A stretch of DNA of 64,000 bases from the NCBI RefSeq assembly GCF_009914755.1, contig NC_060936.1. One strand, written 5' to 3'. Shown here piece after piece: positions 21,170 through 33,778 of the stretch (position 1 is the stretch's first letter; each line of letters starts with the position of its first letter). Source of the stretch: the human T2T-CHM13v2.0 reference genome, Homo sapiens. A model generated the notes under the pieces. It was not told the origin of the DNA and made no database searches. It saw nothing but the letters and a program-made list of their open reading frames with translations. Position numbers and translations under genes: made by a program.

Positions 21170-21570
21170 GTTGGTTCTCCCGTGGGAATCATTGCCATCA
21201 CCGTCATTGCCTTGTGTACGGCCTTCACGCGTTTCGCCAGCTTCTGTGTCATTGGTGACATCATAAAATCAGGGAAAGGGAAATCTGTAAACACTGGCCG
21301 TTGAAGAATACGGTTTCTGAGAATTTCCACTCTGAATTCACATTCCGTTCAGTGTTATCGCCACCCTGTGGATTTCTTGGGTAATGAAACTCAGACCGGG
21401 AAATGAAAACGGGGATTTTCAGTAAATCGGTTCCAGTAAATCTCTGCTGCTCTTGTGGGCGCCCTCTTTTGAGCACCGGAGGAATGAGCACCGTTCTTCA
21501 TTCTTTTGGTTTTGTAAAGTTGTAGAGCTGCGTTCATAAGTGAGATCATTAATTAATCTGCCCTTCTCCG
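21170..21570. promoter_or_regulatory. CpG-retaining unique segment with two CTCF-like motifs and EICE/NF-kB-like sites
   Basis: Roughly 18 CpGs in ~400 bp against depleted flanks. Minus-strand CCACAGGGTGGCGA (~21358-21371) and TCAAAAGAGGGCGC (~21459-21472). GGAAATGAAA at 21399 and GGGGATTTTC at 21411. Confidence 0.55.
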
Positions 21571-22299
21571 TAGACCTTCCTCCTCCCCAATTTTCAATAT
21601 AAAAACTGATTCCCAGGTAGCTTTAATTTCAAAACTGGTCAGTGGTAAATTTAGGAAGAGAATTTAAGGTCTCCTGACTTCCAATCAAACATAGTTCCCA
21701 CTTGCCCAATTGGATAATAGATGTTTGTTTTTACAATTAGCTAATTATTTCTCAGTATTTACTTATTTTATAAGTAGTACATAATTAATCAATTGACCAA
21801 CTGGCCTTATGGCACTGTGTTTACATGTGATCCTGCCCCTTTCTAGTCTATTTTCTGGAGGTTGTCAATCATCTTCCTTTAGAAGTATTTTCTGCCATTC
21901 TTTTTTGTGGAAGTATTGCGTGATTGTCCAAAGGCCTGTCCCTATTTGCGGAGACTCCTTGAGAATGTCCACCTTTGTGTATTTCTCCTACTTCCTGAAA
22001 TATCCCTTCATTTCTCAGAAACTGTGCAAATCTTACTTCCTCTAAGCCCAATTTAAGTCCTGCTTGCTTCTGAGCCTTTCAGGCCATAGTAACTCTTGCT
22101 GTTCTTTCTGAGGCTCATATCATTGACATATATGAATTATTTTAATGTCTTAATTGGATTACTAAGAGCACTCCAATTCCCAACACATACATGATTAATA
22201 CTTATTTCTGGATCCATCGTGGGCATCCCTGTTTTCTCTTCCCCTTTCTATCATATTTCTATCTTCCCAAACAAGCAGAAAAAAAAATCTATGGCCTAT

Positions 22300-23600
22300 T
22301 TTAGGTAGTGGCAGATTATTGTGTTTTGTTTCTACAGGTGTTTACTTGTGGCAACCTGTTTCCTCACTGTGCATGTGTGTGCATCCTAAGTACGTGTGTG
22401 TTTAATTCCCCTATAACCTTCTGCTGGGAGGATTTTATCTATAAGTATTCCTTGGGATCTGTGTGGAAGTTGCTTTCCTCTACAGGAAAGGTTTTCCTTT
22501 GCATCTTACATGCAAACTGAAGGTATCACTTTAAAATAAATTTTCAGGTTGAAGTTTTGGGGACTAAATGTTGCAAACATGTTTGAAGGCTGGCTTATGG
22601 TTATGAATTCTTAATGGCAATGATTTTCCCTCTCTCCCCTCATTTCCGAGGTTGAAACCTTTAATACATTTGTTGTTCCCTTTTTGTTGGCTTGTTTGTT
22701 TGCTTGTAGCTCTCCATCACAACCAGGGTGTAGTTTTATTGTATCCGAGGTGCATGTGTGCTGGAGGAGTTTCTATGAATTAGTCTCCAATTTGACGAAT
22801 GTTTGTTCATTAGTCCAACTTGAATGTGGACTTTGTGGCTGTCCTTTGTCCTCATGTGCTATATCAATGAAGGCTCAGATTATCCTTGATTTACATATAC
22901 CCTTAGGACAGGACCAAATTTCAGGCTTTACTTCCCTCCTGGATTTTTGCTTTCTATTTATTTTTGTTAAATCTATGAACATTTCCTTTTATTTTTACCA
23001 GATCAGCCACGCATTTAACCGTATTTTTTCATGTTACAGCTAGAATCTTAAATTCTTTGAGTTGAGATCGTTGTCCTTGAAGTACACAGTGATCACTCAT
23101 TGAAACTTTTAGATTAATTTTAGGATCAGTTTGTAAATTTCATGGAACAATTCTGTTACGATTTTAGATTAGAATTTCACTAAATTTGGAGGATTCCAGG
23201 GGAATTAATATCTTTACAATACTCTTGCTTCTCATTCTTGAAAATAACTTATCATTTCACTTATTTATGTCCTTATGCCCTTCAGTAATGTTTATGTTTT
23301 TTCCTTTGAATATCTTTTGCTGCTGTTTTGTAAACAGGTTTTTTTTTAACTTCCATTTTTTATTTGTCACTGTTGTATAACTAGCTAATACTTACATAGT
23401 ACTTACTACGTGGCAGAAATCATTTTAAATCCTTTAGTAATCTTTTACCTGGTGAACTTGTTTATTGATTTAAATGGTCTGTCATTTGGTTTCTCTTGAA
23501 TTTTCAATGAAGGCAACTATATTATCAATAGTCATTGACTCTTTTGTCAATTTCTTTTCAGTACCTGTGCTCTTTATATAATTATTCATTCTTTTTTTCT
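22300..23600 (-). mobile_element. Very old L1M/HAL1-like fragments
   Basis: T-rich, with degenerate antisense ORF2 text at ~23120-23540 (ttttaggatcagtttgtaaattt; atctttacaatact). Confidence 0.4.
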
Positions 23601-23693
23601 TATTATTTGTCTATTTGGTGCCTCTCTTTAATGATATTGTCCTGCACTGTGTGGGTTGTCACTCTTGATTGCAGTTTTATATTTGCATTTGAG

Positions 23694-24169
23694 AATTTCT
23701 CTTCCCCTGCTTACAATGATCGAATGAAGACAGTTGGAATCTAAAGGATAGAAATCTGACAGGATTGAACTGACGAAGAAAATCTGGGTCCAAAGATAGA
23801 AATCAGATAAGATGGCTATGGGTGAGATTTGTTCTGTAGAAATATATACAAACACACACATGCACATATATGTAAAAGTATTGTCAAACCATTTGCAGTG
23901 GTGGCTCAACCTGATGGTTCAGAGGTTCCAGACAATACAAAATGTGTTGGGAAAATAGTGTTGAAAGATAGATACTTCCATCTCTCATGGAGCTTATATC
24001 AGAAGAGGAATCAAATGTTAGAAAAAAAAGATTATACTAAAACAAAGTCATAATCATTGTACTAAGGCCATTAAAGCAATAAATCATTTAGCAATGCACT
24101 GCTCAAAAGCATCAAGTTTAATTCCTCTTCCCCTGCCTACGGTGTTCTAGTGGAGGCAGCTGGAATCTA
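23694..24169. repeat. Composite templated insertion flanked by a 50-bp direct repeat
   Basis: 23694-23743 matches 24120-24169 at 40/50. 23739-23840 is an inverted copy of 24504-24608. 23836-24119 is a direct copy of 28341-28621. Confidence 0.9.
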
Positions 24170-24321
24170 CGAATGCAAGACCTTCCAGTGCAGGAACAAA
24201 GATTTTTCCATTCCTTTTGGGTGTTGCCAACCACCTGGAACACTGTGCTACTTCTGTGACCCAGTTATTCATACTAATGTCTCCAGTCTGGAAGCAAATG
24301 CTACACTGTTCACTGCATGAG

Positions 24322-24357
<36 letters not shown>

Positions 24358-24360
24358 TGT
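24322..24360. repeat. (TC)n(TG)n compound microsatellite
   Basis: Read directly from the sequence. Confidence 0.95.
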
Positions 24361-25109
24361 AAATGTTTGTGTTTGCGTGGGGGTGTGGAAATGGGGCCAA
24401 CCTGCCTAACTGTTTTACATTCCATCTCTAAGCAGTCATCCGAAGGATGATTACTCTTGGCTCCAGACTCCTCTTTATTTTCATTAATTGCAAGTTAGCA
24501 GAATCTGCAGAATTCATCTCACCCATATCAGCCATCTTATCTGATTTCTATTTTTGGGCCCAGATTTTCTTCCTCAATTTGATCCTGTCAGATTTCTATC
24601 TTTTAGATACATATGAATATATTTGGTTTTCTAGTGACATTTCCTTCTTTTGTTCCAGCATGGTTAAGACTTTGTTCTTTATTTTAAAATTCTTTCTCAA
24701 AGATTAGTTGTGAGGTGAAGTTTGTTGCATTTGTCCATCCTGCTTCATTGATGTAATTTTTATTAAACCTACTTATTAATTGTTTTCCTTATTCTTAGCT
24801 ATCTTTTACTGGCTGAACTGCTAGTACAACAACCAATAATAGAAGAAATAATAAAAGAATATTTGTATTCATCAACCTCCGATCAATACATAGATCAGAG
24901 AAACAGTGACTTGAAAAAAAATGAATAATGATCATAGGCTATTGTATATTAACTGAAATCACTTTGCATTTCTCCAAAACGTTCATAAATCATATCACGA
25001 AATTCTCCCCACAAGCCTGGGACAATTGGTGTAATTGCAAGTAGAGAACAACAGATCCAAAGAGTAGATGAGATTCACACTATTAGAATGTAACAGAATG
25101 TCTCAATGC

Positions 25110-25320
25110 TCAGGGTAGCATGGCTGTTAAAAGCACAAGATGTGCAGCCAGACAGTCTGGGTTCAAATTTCATTCCAATTACCAACTAACTTGTGTTAGC
25201 ACTGCAAATTATTTAATTTCCTCCTCTCCTAGTTTCTCATCTACAAAGTGTTATTAATTCTTAAAATATTATAGTAAAGATTAACTTGAAAGAGCTTAGA
25301 ACCATTTCAATTACATAATA
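25110..25320. mobile_element. MIR (source arm of the inverted duplication)
   Basis: cagccagacagtctgggttcaaat...agtttctcatctacaaa. Confidence 0.75.
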
Positions 25321-25324
25321 TGGT

Positions 25325-25473
25325 GGCCGGGCATTAAGGCTCATACCTATAATCCAGCACTTTGGGAGGCCTAGGTGGGCAGATCACTTGAGGTCAGGAG
25401 TTTGAGACCAGCCTGGCTAACATGGTGAAACTCCGTCTCTACTAAAAATACAAAAACTAGCCAGGTGTGGTGG
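25325..25473 (+). mobile_element. AluS left part (right part at 28031-28170)
   Basis: Left monomer and linker, broken off at ccaggtgtggtgg. Confidence 0.9.
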
Positions 25474-25573
25474 TTGGTTTGAACTCCTGGAATCAAGTGA
25501 TCCACCCACCTAGGCCTCTCAAACTGCTAGATTACAGGCGTGAGCACCATGCCTGGCCACATAGCATATGATT
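25474..25573 (-). repeat. Inverted copy of the Alu 5' end and its flank
   Basis: Shares the non-consensus ggcctaggtggg and a 1-bp-short aatc-cagca with 25325-25410. Confidence 0.8.
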
Positions 25574-27841
25574 TGTATTAGTCCTTTTTCTCACTACTGA
25601 TAAAGACATACCCAAAACTGGGTCATTTATACAGGAAAAAGGGTTTCATGCGCTTACAGTTCCACATGGCTCACAATCATGGTAGAAGGCATGGAGTACT
25701 GTGTCACACCTTACATGGATGGTGGCAGGCAAAAAGAGTTTGTGCGGGGAATCTGCCCTTTTTAAAACCCTCAGATCTCATGAGACTTATTCACTATCAT
25801 TAGAACAGCAGGTGAAAGACCTGCCCCATGATTCAATTACCTTCCACCAGGTCTCTCCCACAACCTGTGGAAATTCAAGATAAGATTTGGGTAGGGACAC
25901 AGTCAAAACATATCATTATGCCCCTAGCCCCTCTCAAATCTCATGTTCTAACAATTCATAACCAATCATGTTTTCCCAAAAGTCCCCTGAAGTCATAACT
26001 AATTTCAGCATTGACTCAAAAGTCCACAGTTCAAAGTCACATCTGAGACAAGGCAAGTCGCTTTCGCTTATGAGCCTGTAAAATCAAAAGCTAGTTAGTT
26101 ACTTCCTAGATACAATGGAGGTACAGGCAGTGGGTAAATATAGCCATTCCAAATGGGAGAAATTGGCCAAAGGGGCTACAGGTCCCATGCAAGTCTGAAA
26201 TCCAGAGGGGCAGTCAAATCTTATAGCTCCAAAATGATCTCCTTTGACTCCATGTCTCACATCCAGGTCATGCTGATGCAAAAAGTGGGCTCCCATGGCC
26301 TTGGGCAGCTCCGCCCCTGTGGCTTTGCAGGGTATAGTCCCATTCCTGGCTGCTTTCATGGGCTGGTGTTGAGTGTCTGTGACTTTTCCAGGCACATGGA
26401 GCAAGCTGTCGGTAGATCTACCATTCTGGGGTCTGGAGGATGGTGGCCCTATTCTCACAGCTCCACTAGGTGGTGTCCCAGTAGGGACTCTGTGTGGGGG
26501 CTCCAATCTCACATTTCCCTTCCACACTGCCCTAGCAGAAGTTCTCCATGAGGGCCCAGACCCTGCAGCTAACTTCTGCCTGGACATCCAGGAGTTTCCA
26601 TACATCCTCTGAAATCTAGGTGGAGGTTCCCAAACCTTAATTATAGATTTCTGTGGACCTGCAGGCTCAATACCACATGGAAGCTGCCAAGGCTTGGGAC
26701 TTCCACCCTCTGAAGCAATAGCCCGAGCTGTACCATGGCCCCTTTTAGTCATGGCTGGAGTAGCTGGGATGCAGGGCACCAAGTCCCTAGACTGCACACA
26801 GCAGAGGGACCCTGGGCCCGGCCCACGAAACCAGTTTTTCTTCCTGAACCTCCTGGCCTGTGATCAGAAGGGCTGCTGCAAAGGTTTCTGACATGCCCTG
26901 GAGACATTTTCCCTGTTGTCTTGGCAATTAACATTTGGCTCTTCATTACTTTGCAAATTTATGTAGCTGGCTCGAATTTCTCCTCAGCAAATGGGTTTTT
27001 CTTTTTTATCACATTGTCAGGCAGCACATTTTCCAAACTCCTATGCTCTGTTTCCTTTTTAAACTGAATGCCATTAACAGCACCCAAGTCACCTCTTGAA
27101 TGCTTTGCTGCTTAGAAACTTCTTCTGCCACATACCCTAAATCATCCCTCTCAAGTTCAAAGTTACACAAATCTCTAGGGCAGGAGCAAAATGCTGCCAT
27201 TCTCTTTGCTAAAACGTAATGAGAGTTCAGTTTTTTTTTTTTGCTCCAGTTCCTGAGAAGTTTCCCATCTCCATCTGAGACCATCTCAGCCTGGATTTAA
27301 TTGTCCATATCATTATCAGCATTTTGGTCAAAGCCCTTCAACAACTCTCTAGGGAGTATCAAACTTTCCTGCATCGTCCTGTCTTTTTCTGAGCCCTCCA
27401 AACTGTTCCAACAGCTGGCTGCTACCCACTTCCAAAGCCACTTCCACATATTTGGGTATCTTTTCAGCAGCACCCCACTCCTGGTACCAATTTACTGTAT
27501 TAGTTAGTTTTCATGCCCCTGATAAAGACATACCCAAGACTGGGTAATTTATATAGGAAAAGGGTCTAGTAGACTTACAGTTCCACGTGCCTGGGGAGAT
27601 CTCACAATCGTGCAGAAGGCAAGGAGGAGCAAGTCACATCTTACGTGGATGGTGGCAGGCAAAAAGAGCTTGTTTAGGGAAACTCCCCTTTTTAAACCAT
27701 CAGATCTCATGAGACTTATTGTCATGAGAACAGCATGGGAAAGACCTGCCCCCATGATTCAATTACCTTCTACCCGGTCCCTCCCTCAACATGTGGGAAT
27801 TCAAGATGAGATTTAGGTGGAGACACAGCCAAACCATATCA
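25574..27841 (-). mobile_element. Full-length THE1A MaLR provirus (LTRs 25574-25915 and 27496-27841)
   Basis: Two homologous LTRs tgtattagt...catatca, an internal region with a residual 232-aa ORF, and a 5-bp TSD tgatt (25569-25573; 27842-27846). Confidence 0.95.
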
Positions 27842-28010
27842 TGATTGAAACAGTTCTAAGCTCTTTCAATGTAATATTTACTATATTTTGAGAGCAGTAC
27901 TATGATTAACAACATTTTGTAGATGAGAAACTTAGAGATGGGGAAATTAAGTAATTTGCAGTGGTAACACAAGTTAGTTGGTAATTGGAATAAAATTTGA
28001 ACCCAGACTG
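27842..28010 (-). repeat. Inverted copy of 25153-25315
   Basis: Reverse complement reads cagtctgggttcaaattttattccaattaccaactaacttgtgtta..., far closer to the source than two independent MIRs would be. Confidence 0.92.
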
Positions 28011-28030
28011 ATTACTAGACTAGTAGTCTA

Positions 28031-28170
28031 GTAATCCCAGCTACTTGAGAGGCTGAGGCAGGAGAATCGCTTCAATCTGGGAGGTGGAGGTTGTAGTGCC
28101 AAGATTGCGCCACTGCATTGCATCCTGGATGATAGAGCAAGACTGTCTCAAAAAATAAAATTACTTAAAA
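28031..28170 (+). mobile_element. AluS right monomer (continuation of 25325-25473)
   Basis: gtaatcccagctacttgagaggctgaggcagg...gactgtctcaaaaaa. Confidence 0.9.
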
Positions 28171-31100
28171 AAAATCATATAACATGCACTCAATAATTGT
28201 AGTAGTTATTATTGCTACAATTTTGCCCAGCATCTTTTACTGTATTATAATATTGTATGTAAGACATTTTACATAAATGTAAATTTTCAGTCCTTTTGAA
28301 TTTACGTATAAGCCCAGAAAAAAAGAAAAGAACTCTAAAAGTGCAAATATACACAAACACGTACATGTACACATATATAAAAGTATTGTCAATCCATTTG
28401 CAGTGGTAGCTCAACCTGGTGCCTCAGAGGTTCTAGACAACAAAATGTATCAGGAAAACAGTGTTGAAAAAGACAGATACTCCTGCCTCTCATGGAACTT
28501 ACATCAGAAGAGGAGTCAAATGTTAAAAAAATGATTATACTAAAACAAAGTCATTATAATTGTATTAAAGACATTAAAGCAATAAATCATTTGGCAATGT
28601 ACTGCTCAAAAGAATCAAGTTCAATCATGATGACTGCAATTTTATCTCCTTTAAGCTATACCTGGAAAATATGGTACTTACTTTTTAAATTGTTAAAAAA
28701 AATGTGGTAGCAGAATATTTACAACTCTTATTAGAAGAATTGAAAACTTAGAACTTTTTTATTTCCATTTTTACTCTACAAATGAGAAAAACAAAGAATC
28801 TAACAGGCAGGATAATTCAGGACTTTGGAGACATGTATTCCATTGCGAAAATGACAGATGTTCTATTGTTATTGTTGTTAGAAGATTCTGGAAGTGGGGA
28901 GATGGCTAAAACAGTAAACATGCATTAGTAGGTTCATGGATTGTAATTAGTATGTTAGGAAGGCAAAAATAAAAACTTTCTATGTATTTATCAGCGATTG
29001 CTATACACAAGAATTCTTCCATTACTTGTGTCATTAATCCATATTTAACTCAAAAGTTGAGCTAATAAAAACAGCTTCTGGGGTTTCTAACATTTAACAT
29101 TATACAAGATTATCCAATATATTCTGATTGCCTACCATGTCCTAAGCACCATTTTAGGTATTTGTGGTGGATTAGTGAGCAAAATAGATAAGCAAAATAT
29201 CTCTAACCTGAATGCAGCTCAAATAAGTCAATAGAAAATACCCACTGTGTTCCACGAACCCTGTCTTTGTGGAGAGAAATGGGGGAGGAGTAGAACCCTG
29301 CTTCTGAGGATAGAACTGGGGGCAAACTAAAGGTAGCTCAGCTCCAGTCAAAGAAAGGGACAGCTGTCATGACATAGTCATGACATGCTCCTCATTCTTG
29401 TTCCAATGATGTTTGCTCACCTGAGATATCGTCACTGTTTACCCCTTAACAAGCAACTACACTTGTAGGCTCACTTGCCACTAGGTGTACAGTTCAAGTG
29501 AAGTCACGAACTATCCCCTGCATCTCAGGTCATCTCTATTTCTAGGCAGAATATTCAGGGCATGAGGAGAAGCCAGATTACAATGGATTGAGAAGTGAAC
29601 GATTGCCAAAGAAGTATTCTTAGATGACAGTGTGAGATTTCAGTGGCATTACAACAATCATTCAGGATCCTGCTGCTCAGATTTTTGCCACACAATTCCT
29701 GTTGTAGGAGCTTATATGAAAACAATAGTGGAAAAAAGAAAAGCACACTTCTGTTGAGTTGCATCTAACATAAACTTAAGAACCAAAGTTAGGACACCAG
29801 GGGAAAAATTGTGGATTGAGAGAATTACCCTTGATGATCCCATAATTGCCCAAGTTCAAGTACTTGGTATCTGTTTTATTTTTACAACTACATATCAGCT
29901 CCTGTAACCTTTCGTTAGTCAATGTCTTCTATGCCGTTAGTTAATTCTCCAGTTGCTCTCTCAAGAATATTAACAAATCCATCACTGCTTATTACATATC
30001 TGTTCATATGAACCATTCATTTCTTTTCTTCTTTTTTTTCTTTCTGACTCTATCTCAAAAAATCCTTAGAATCAATTGTTTATTATTTCCTTAGGTTTTC
30101 ACTTGTATACTGACTTTTTTCAGCCTGATTGTACTTAGAAAAGGTGATCATCAGCGTAGTATATGCTACATTTCAGAAATTTTGATGTGTAAATGGAAAA
30201 CTTCCATTGTAACATTTGAAATATCTGGGTAAGCACTGGGTAAAGCAGGACTATTTGGTACAGAGCAGATTACAAGTACCTAAATGAGCCCTTTGACTCT
30301 GTTTCTTCCTTGAGAAGGCTGAGCACAAGAAGGGACCCTTGAGTATTTATTGACCTAGCCAAATAATGAAGAGAGAAGAGAATAATCTGTTTGCCTTAAA
30401 GGAGAAAGCCCAGCTAGAATATATTCCAGTAGGTAAATGACCAATAGTGTGAGCTGCACAAGGATTCTGAAACAGCAAACCTATCCCTAAAATATAATCT
30501 AGTTAATATCCTAATATCCTTGGTTCTGAACATTCAGATTAGAAAATCCTTATCTCCTGGGAGGGAACAGAAAGGGAGGTGGGCAGAGACAAGAAACATG
30601 GAATGAAGGACAAAAGTGTATGGAGGATAAGCATGCCTCTCTTTTTGTAAGTACCTCATTGCAAATACATTATCCTATAGTTACAAAACGAACCCAAATT
30701 TTACAATAAAAACACTGTCAGAGGAAAAATTATCTCCTATTAATTTTTCAAATAAAATATCTCGTGTTATCAATTAAAATTTTTAAAAACTAAATTCCAC
30801 ATTAGTCTGCTCTCCAATGTCATCTTCTGCTCATTTTATTCAGGCCATTCAGATACCTCATTAGATTCCACTTTCCTTTCATTGTAGCTGAGACTGAGTC
30901 ATTTTCACTTAAGCAATTATAGGTGCTTGAATCTCCAAAGTTGAAAAATATTCCGTTGCTTTCCACCAATAGTCTCACACATATTCATTTTCCAAGTGAT
31001 AAGAAGGATGATTACACATAAAAATATTACAAAAATATCTCCACAGTTAAGTTTTGAAAATTTGCCTTGAGCAATACCATTTAATGAGCAAAAGCAATGT

Positions 31101-33509
31101 TCCTTTGATACTGTTATCAGTTACAGAAGTAGAAAAAATGAAAAAAAGAAAATATTGTTTTCTACTTAAGCTATCAGTCAATTTCTAACAGATGTCCATA
31201 GTCCATGAACTGTAAACTTAAACTCCACAGGAAGAAATATCACCTTTAAGAAGTTAATAGTGAGTTTATGCCTTATCTACACTCTCAGAGAATAAAATGT
31301 GAAACTCTCTGTTTTCTTTAAAATTGTATAAACATTGTATACAGTTTACTTAAGGAATTCTTCCCCTTAGTTTATGAGAAATCTGAATTTCTATTTCCTT
31401 TTGAAGCTCATATTCCTAGTATCATAATACTAAATGGAACATGAGTTCTACAGTATTTTTTTTATAAGCAGGGCACTCTTATTTGTAAAAATATAGGTCC
31501 AGGTAGACTCAGCCATCATCCAAAAGCTTCCAGTATCCCTTCTGTATGTCTTTATTTCCAGCAGAATCCCAAAACTTTTAGCTCTTCATTATAGTGTCTG
31601 TCTTTAATTGATTTCATTTTTGCATATGGTGTAATATTTTATATATGATGTGGTCCAAATGCATTCTTGTGCATGTGGATATTCAATTTTCCAACATCAT
31701 TTATTGAAGAGATTGTTCTTTCCCCATTGTGTGTTCTTGGCACCTCTGTTGAAGATCAATTGATTATAAATGCATGGGTTTACTAGACTTTCTATTCTGT
31801 TCCAGTGGTTTATATGTCACTTTTATGCCAGTACCATGCCATTTTAATTACCATAGTTTTGTAATACCTTATGAAATTAGATGGTGTGATGCCTCCAGCT
31901 TTGTTATTTTTCCTCAAGTGTATTTTGGACTTTTTTTTCATAGAAATTTTATGATTTCCTATTTCTGTAAAAAAATGCCATTGCATTAAATCTGTAGATC
32001 ACCCTGGATATTATGGACATTTTAACAATATTAGTTCTTCCAATCCATGAAGACAAGCTATTTTTCCATTTATTTGTGTCTTGCTCAATTTCTTCTGTCA
32101 ATGCTTTATAGCTTTTAGTGCACTGACTATTCACTTCCTTGGTTAAGACTTCCCTTTCAATATATATTTTGACCCATTTGCTGTGCAAGAGTGTGTTGTT
32201 TAATTTCCACATTATGTGAGTTTTCCAATGTTTTGACTGTTATTAATTTCTAGTTTCATGCTTTTGTGGTCAGATAAGATACTTGATATGATTTCAGTCT
32301 TCTTAAATTGGTTAAGACTTGTTTTCTGACCTAACATGTGATCTACCATGTAATATGCTTCATGTGTGCTTGAAAAGAATACATATTCTACTGCCGTTAG
32401 ATGGAATGTTCTAGATATGTCTATTAGGTTCATTTGGTCTGTAGTGTATTTAGATATGCTGGTTTCCCTATCCCTATTAATTTTTTGCCTGTAAGATCAT
32501 TCCATTGTTGAAAGTAAGTTATTAAAGTCTCCTTCTATTATTGTATTGTTGTCTGTTTCTCTCTTCAGTTCTGCTAACATTTGCTCCACAGAGTTAGGTG
32601 CCCTGATCTTGGGTGCATGTCTATTTACAATCATTAAATCCTCTTGATGAAAGGACTCTTTAATCATTATATAATGACCTTCTTTTTCTCTACTCATGGG
32701 TTTTCACTTAAAACCTATTTTGTCTACATAAGTATAGCCATGTCTGCTCTCTTTTAGTTATCATTTGCATGAAATATCTTTTTCCATTCCTTCACTTTCA
32801 ATCATATGTGTTCTTAAGGGTAAAGTGAGTATCTCGTAGGCAGTACGTAGTTGAATTTTGTGTTTTTTAATTCATTCAGCCACTCTAAGTTTTTTGATTG
32901 TAGAATTCAATCCATTTACACTCAAAGTAATTATTGATAGGTAAAGAATTACTGCTGCCATTTTCTTAATTGTTTTCTGACTTGTGTGGTTCTTTTGTTC
33001 CATTCTTCATCTCTTGATGTCTTCCTTTGTGATTTGATGGTATTTTTGTAGTGATATACTTTAAAACCTTTCTCTTTGTCTTTTACATACTGATTATAGG
33101 TTTTTTTCTTTGTGGTTACTATGATGCTTACATAAAACATGTTATAGTATAATAATCTATTTTAAGCTGATAACAACTTAACTTTGACCACATTAAAAAA
33201 CTCTACACTTTGACTTCTCCTCCCCCTCCCAGATTTTATGTTATTGATGCCACAATTTACATTTTTAATGTATCTATTAACAAATCTATTATTGTTAATC
33301 TATATATCTATTATATAATATATACCTATTATATCCATATAATAAATATAGAAATAATATAACCATTGTTATATCTATTAACAAATTATTGTACTTATAG
33401 TTATTTTTAATACTTTTGTATTTTATTATACTAGAGTTGAAGGCTATTTATGCACTACCATTATATTAGAGTATATGAATTTTACTATATTCTTCCCTTA
33501 AGTGAGTTT

Positions 33510-33778
33510 TATTTTATTTTTATTTAAGGTTAATAGACTCTGTTTCTTAGAGCAGTTTTAGATTTAAAGAAAAATTGAACATAAAATATAGAGTTCCTAT
33601 GTATTCATCTCCTATCCCACAGTTACCTTTATATTAACATTTTGTGTTGGTGTGGCACATTTGTTACAATTGATGAATCAATATGGACACACTACTGTTA
33701 ACTAAAGTTCCTATTTTATATTAGGATTCACTATGCATTATACAATTCCATGGATTTTGCCAAATGCATAATGACTGC
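33510..33778 (-). mobile_element. L1MC1-like 3' end fragment
   Basis: ttagagcagttttagattta.agaaaaattga..; cacatttgttacaattgatgaa. Confidence 0.65.

Noticed and set aside
23739-24608. ~100-bp inverted repeats as TIRs of a new DNA transposon carrying host DNA
   Set aside because: There is no short TSD outside the pair. The 50-bp duplication brackets only the left arm plus the copied block, which fits a templated insertion better.
29546-30432. Additional + strand splice-like sites (also acceptors at 40626 and 49209)
   Set aside because: They lack a convincing acceptor/donor pair or a consistent frame, so they were left out of the exon model.
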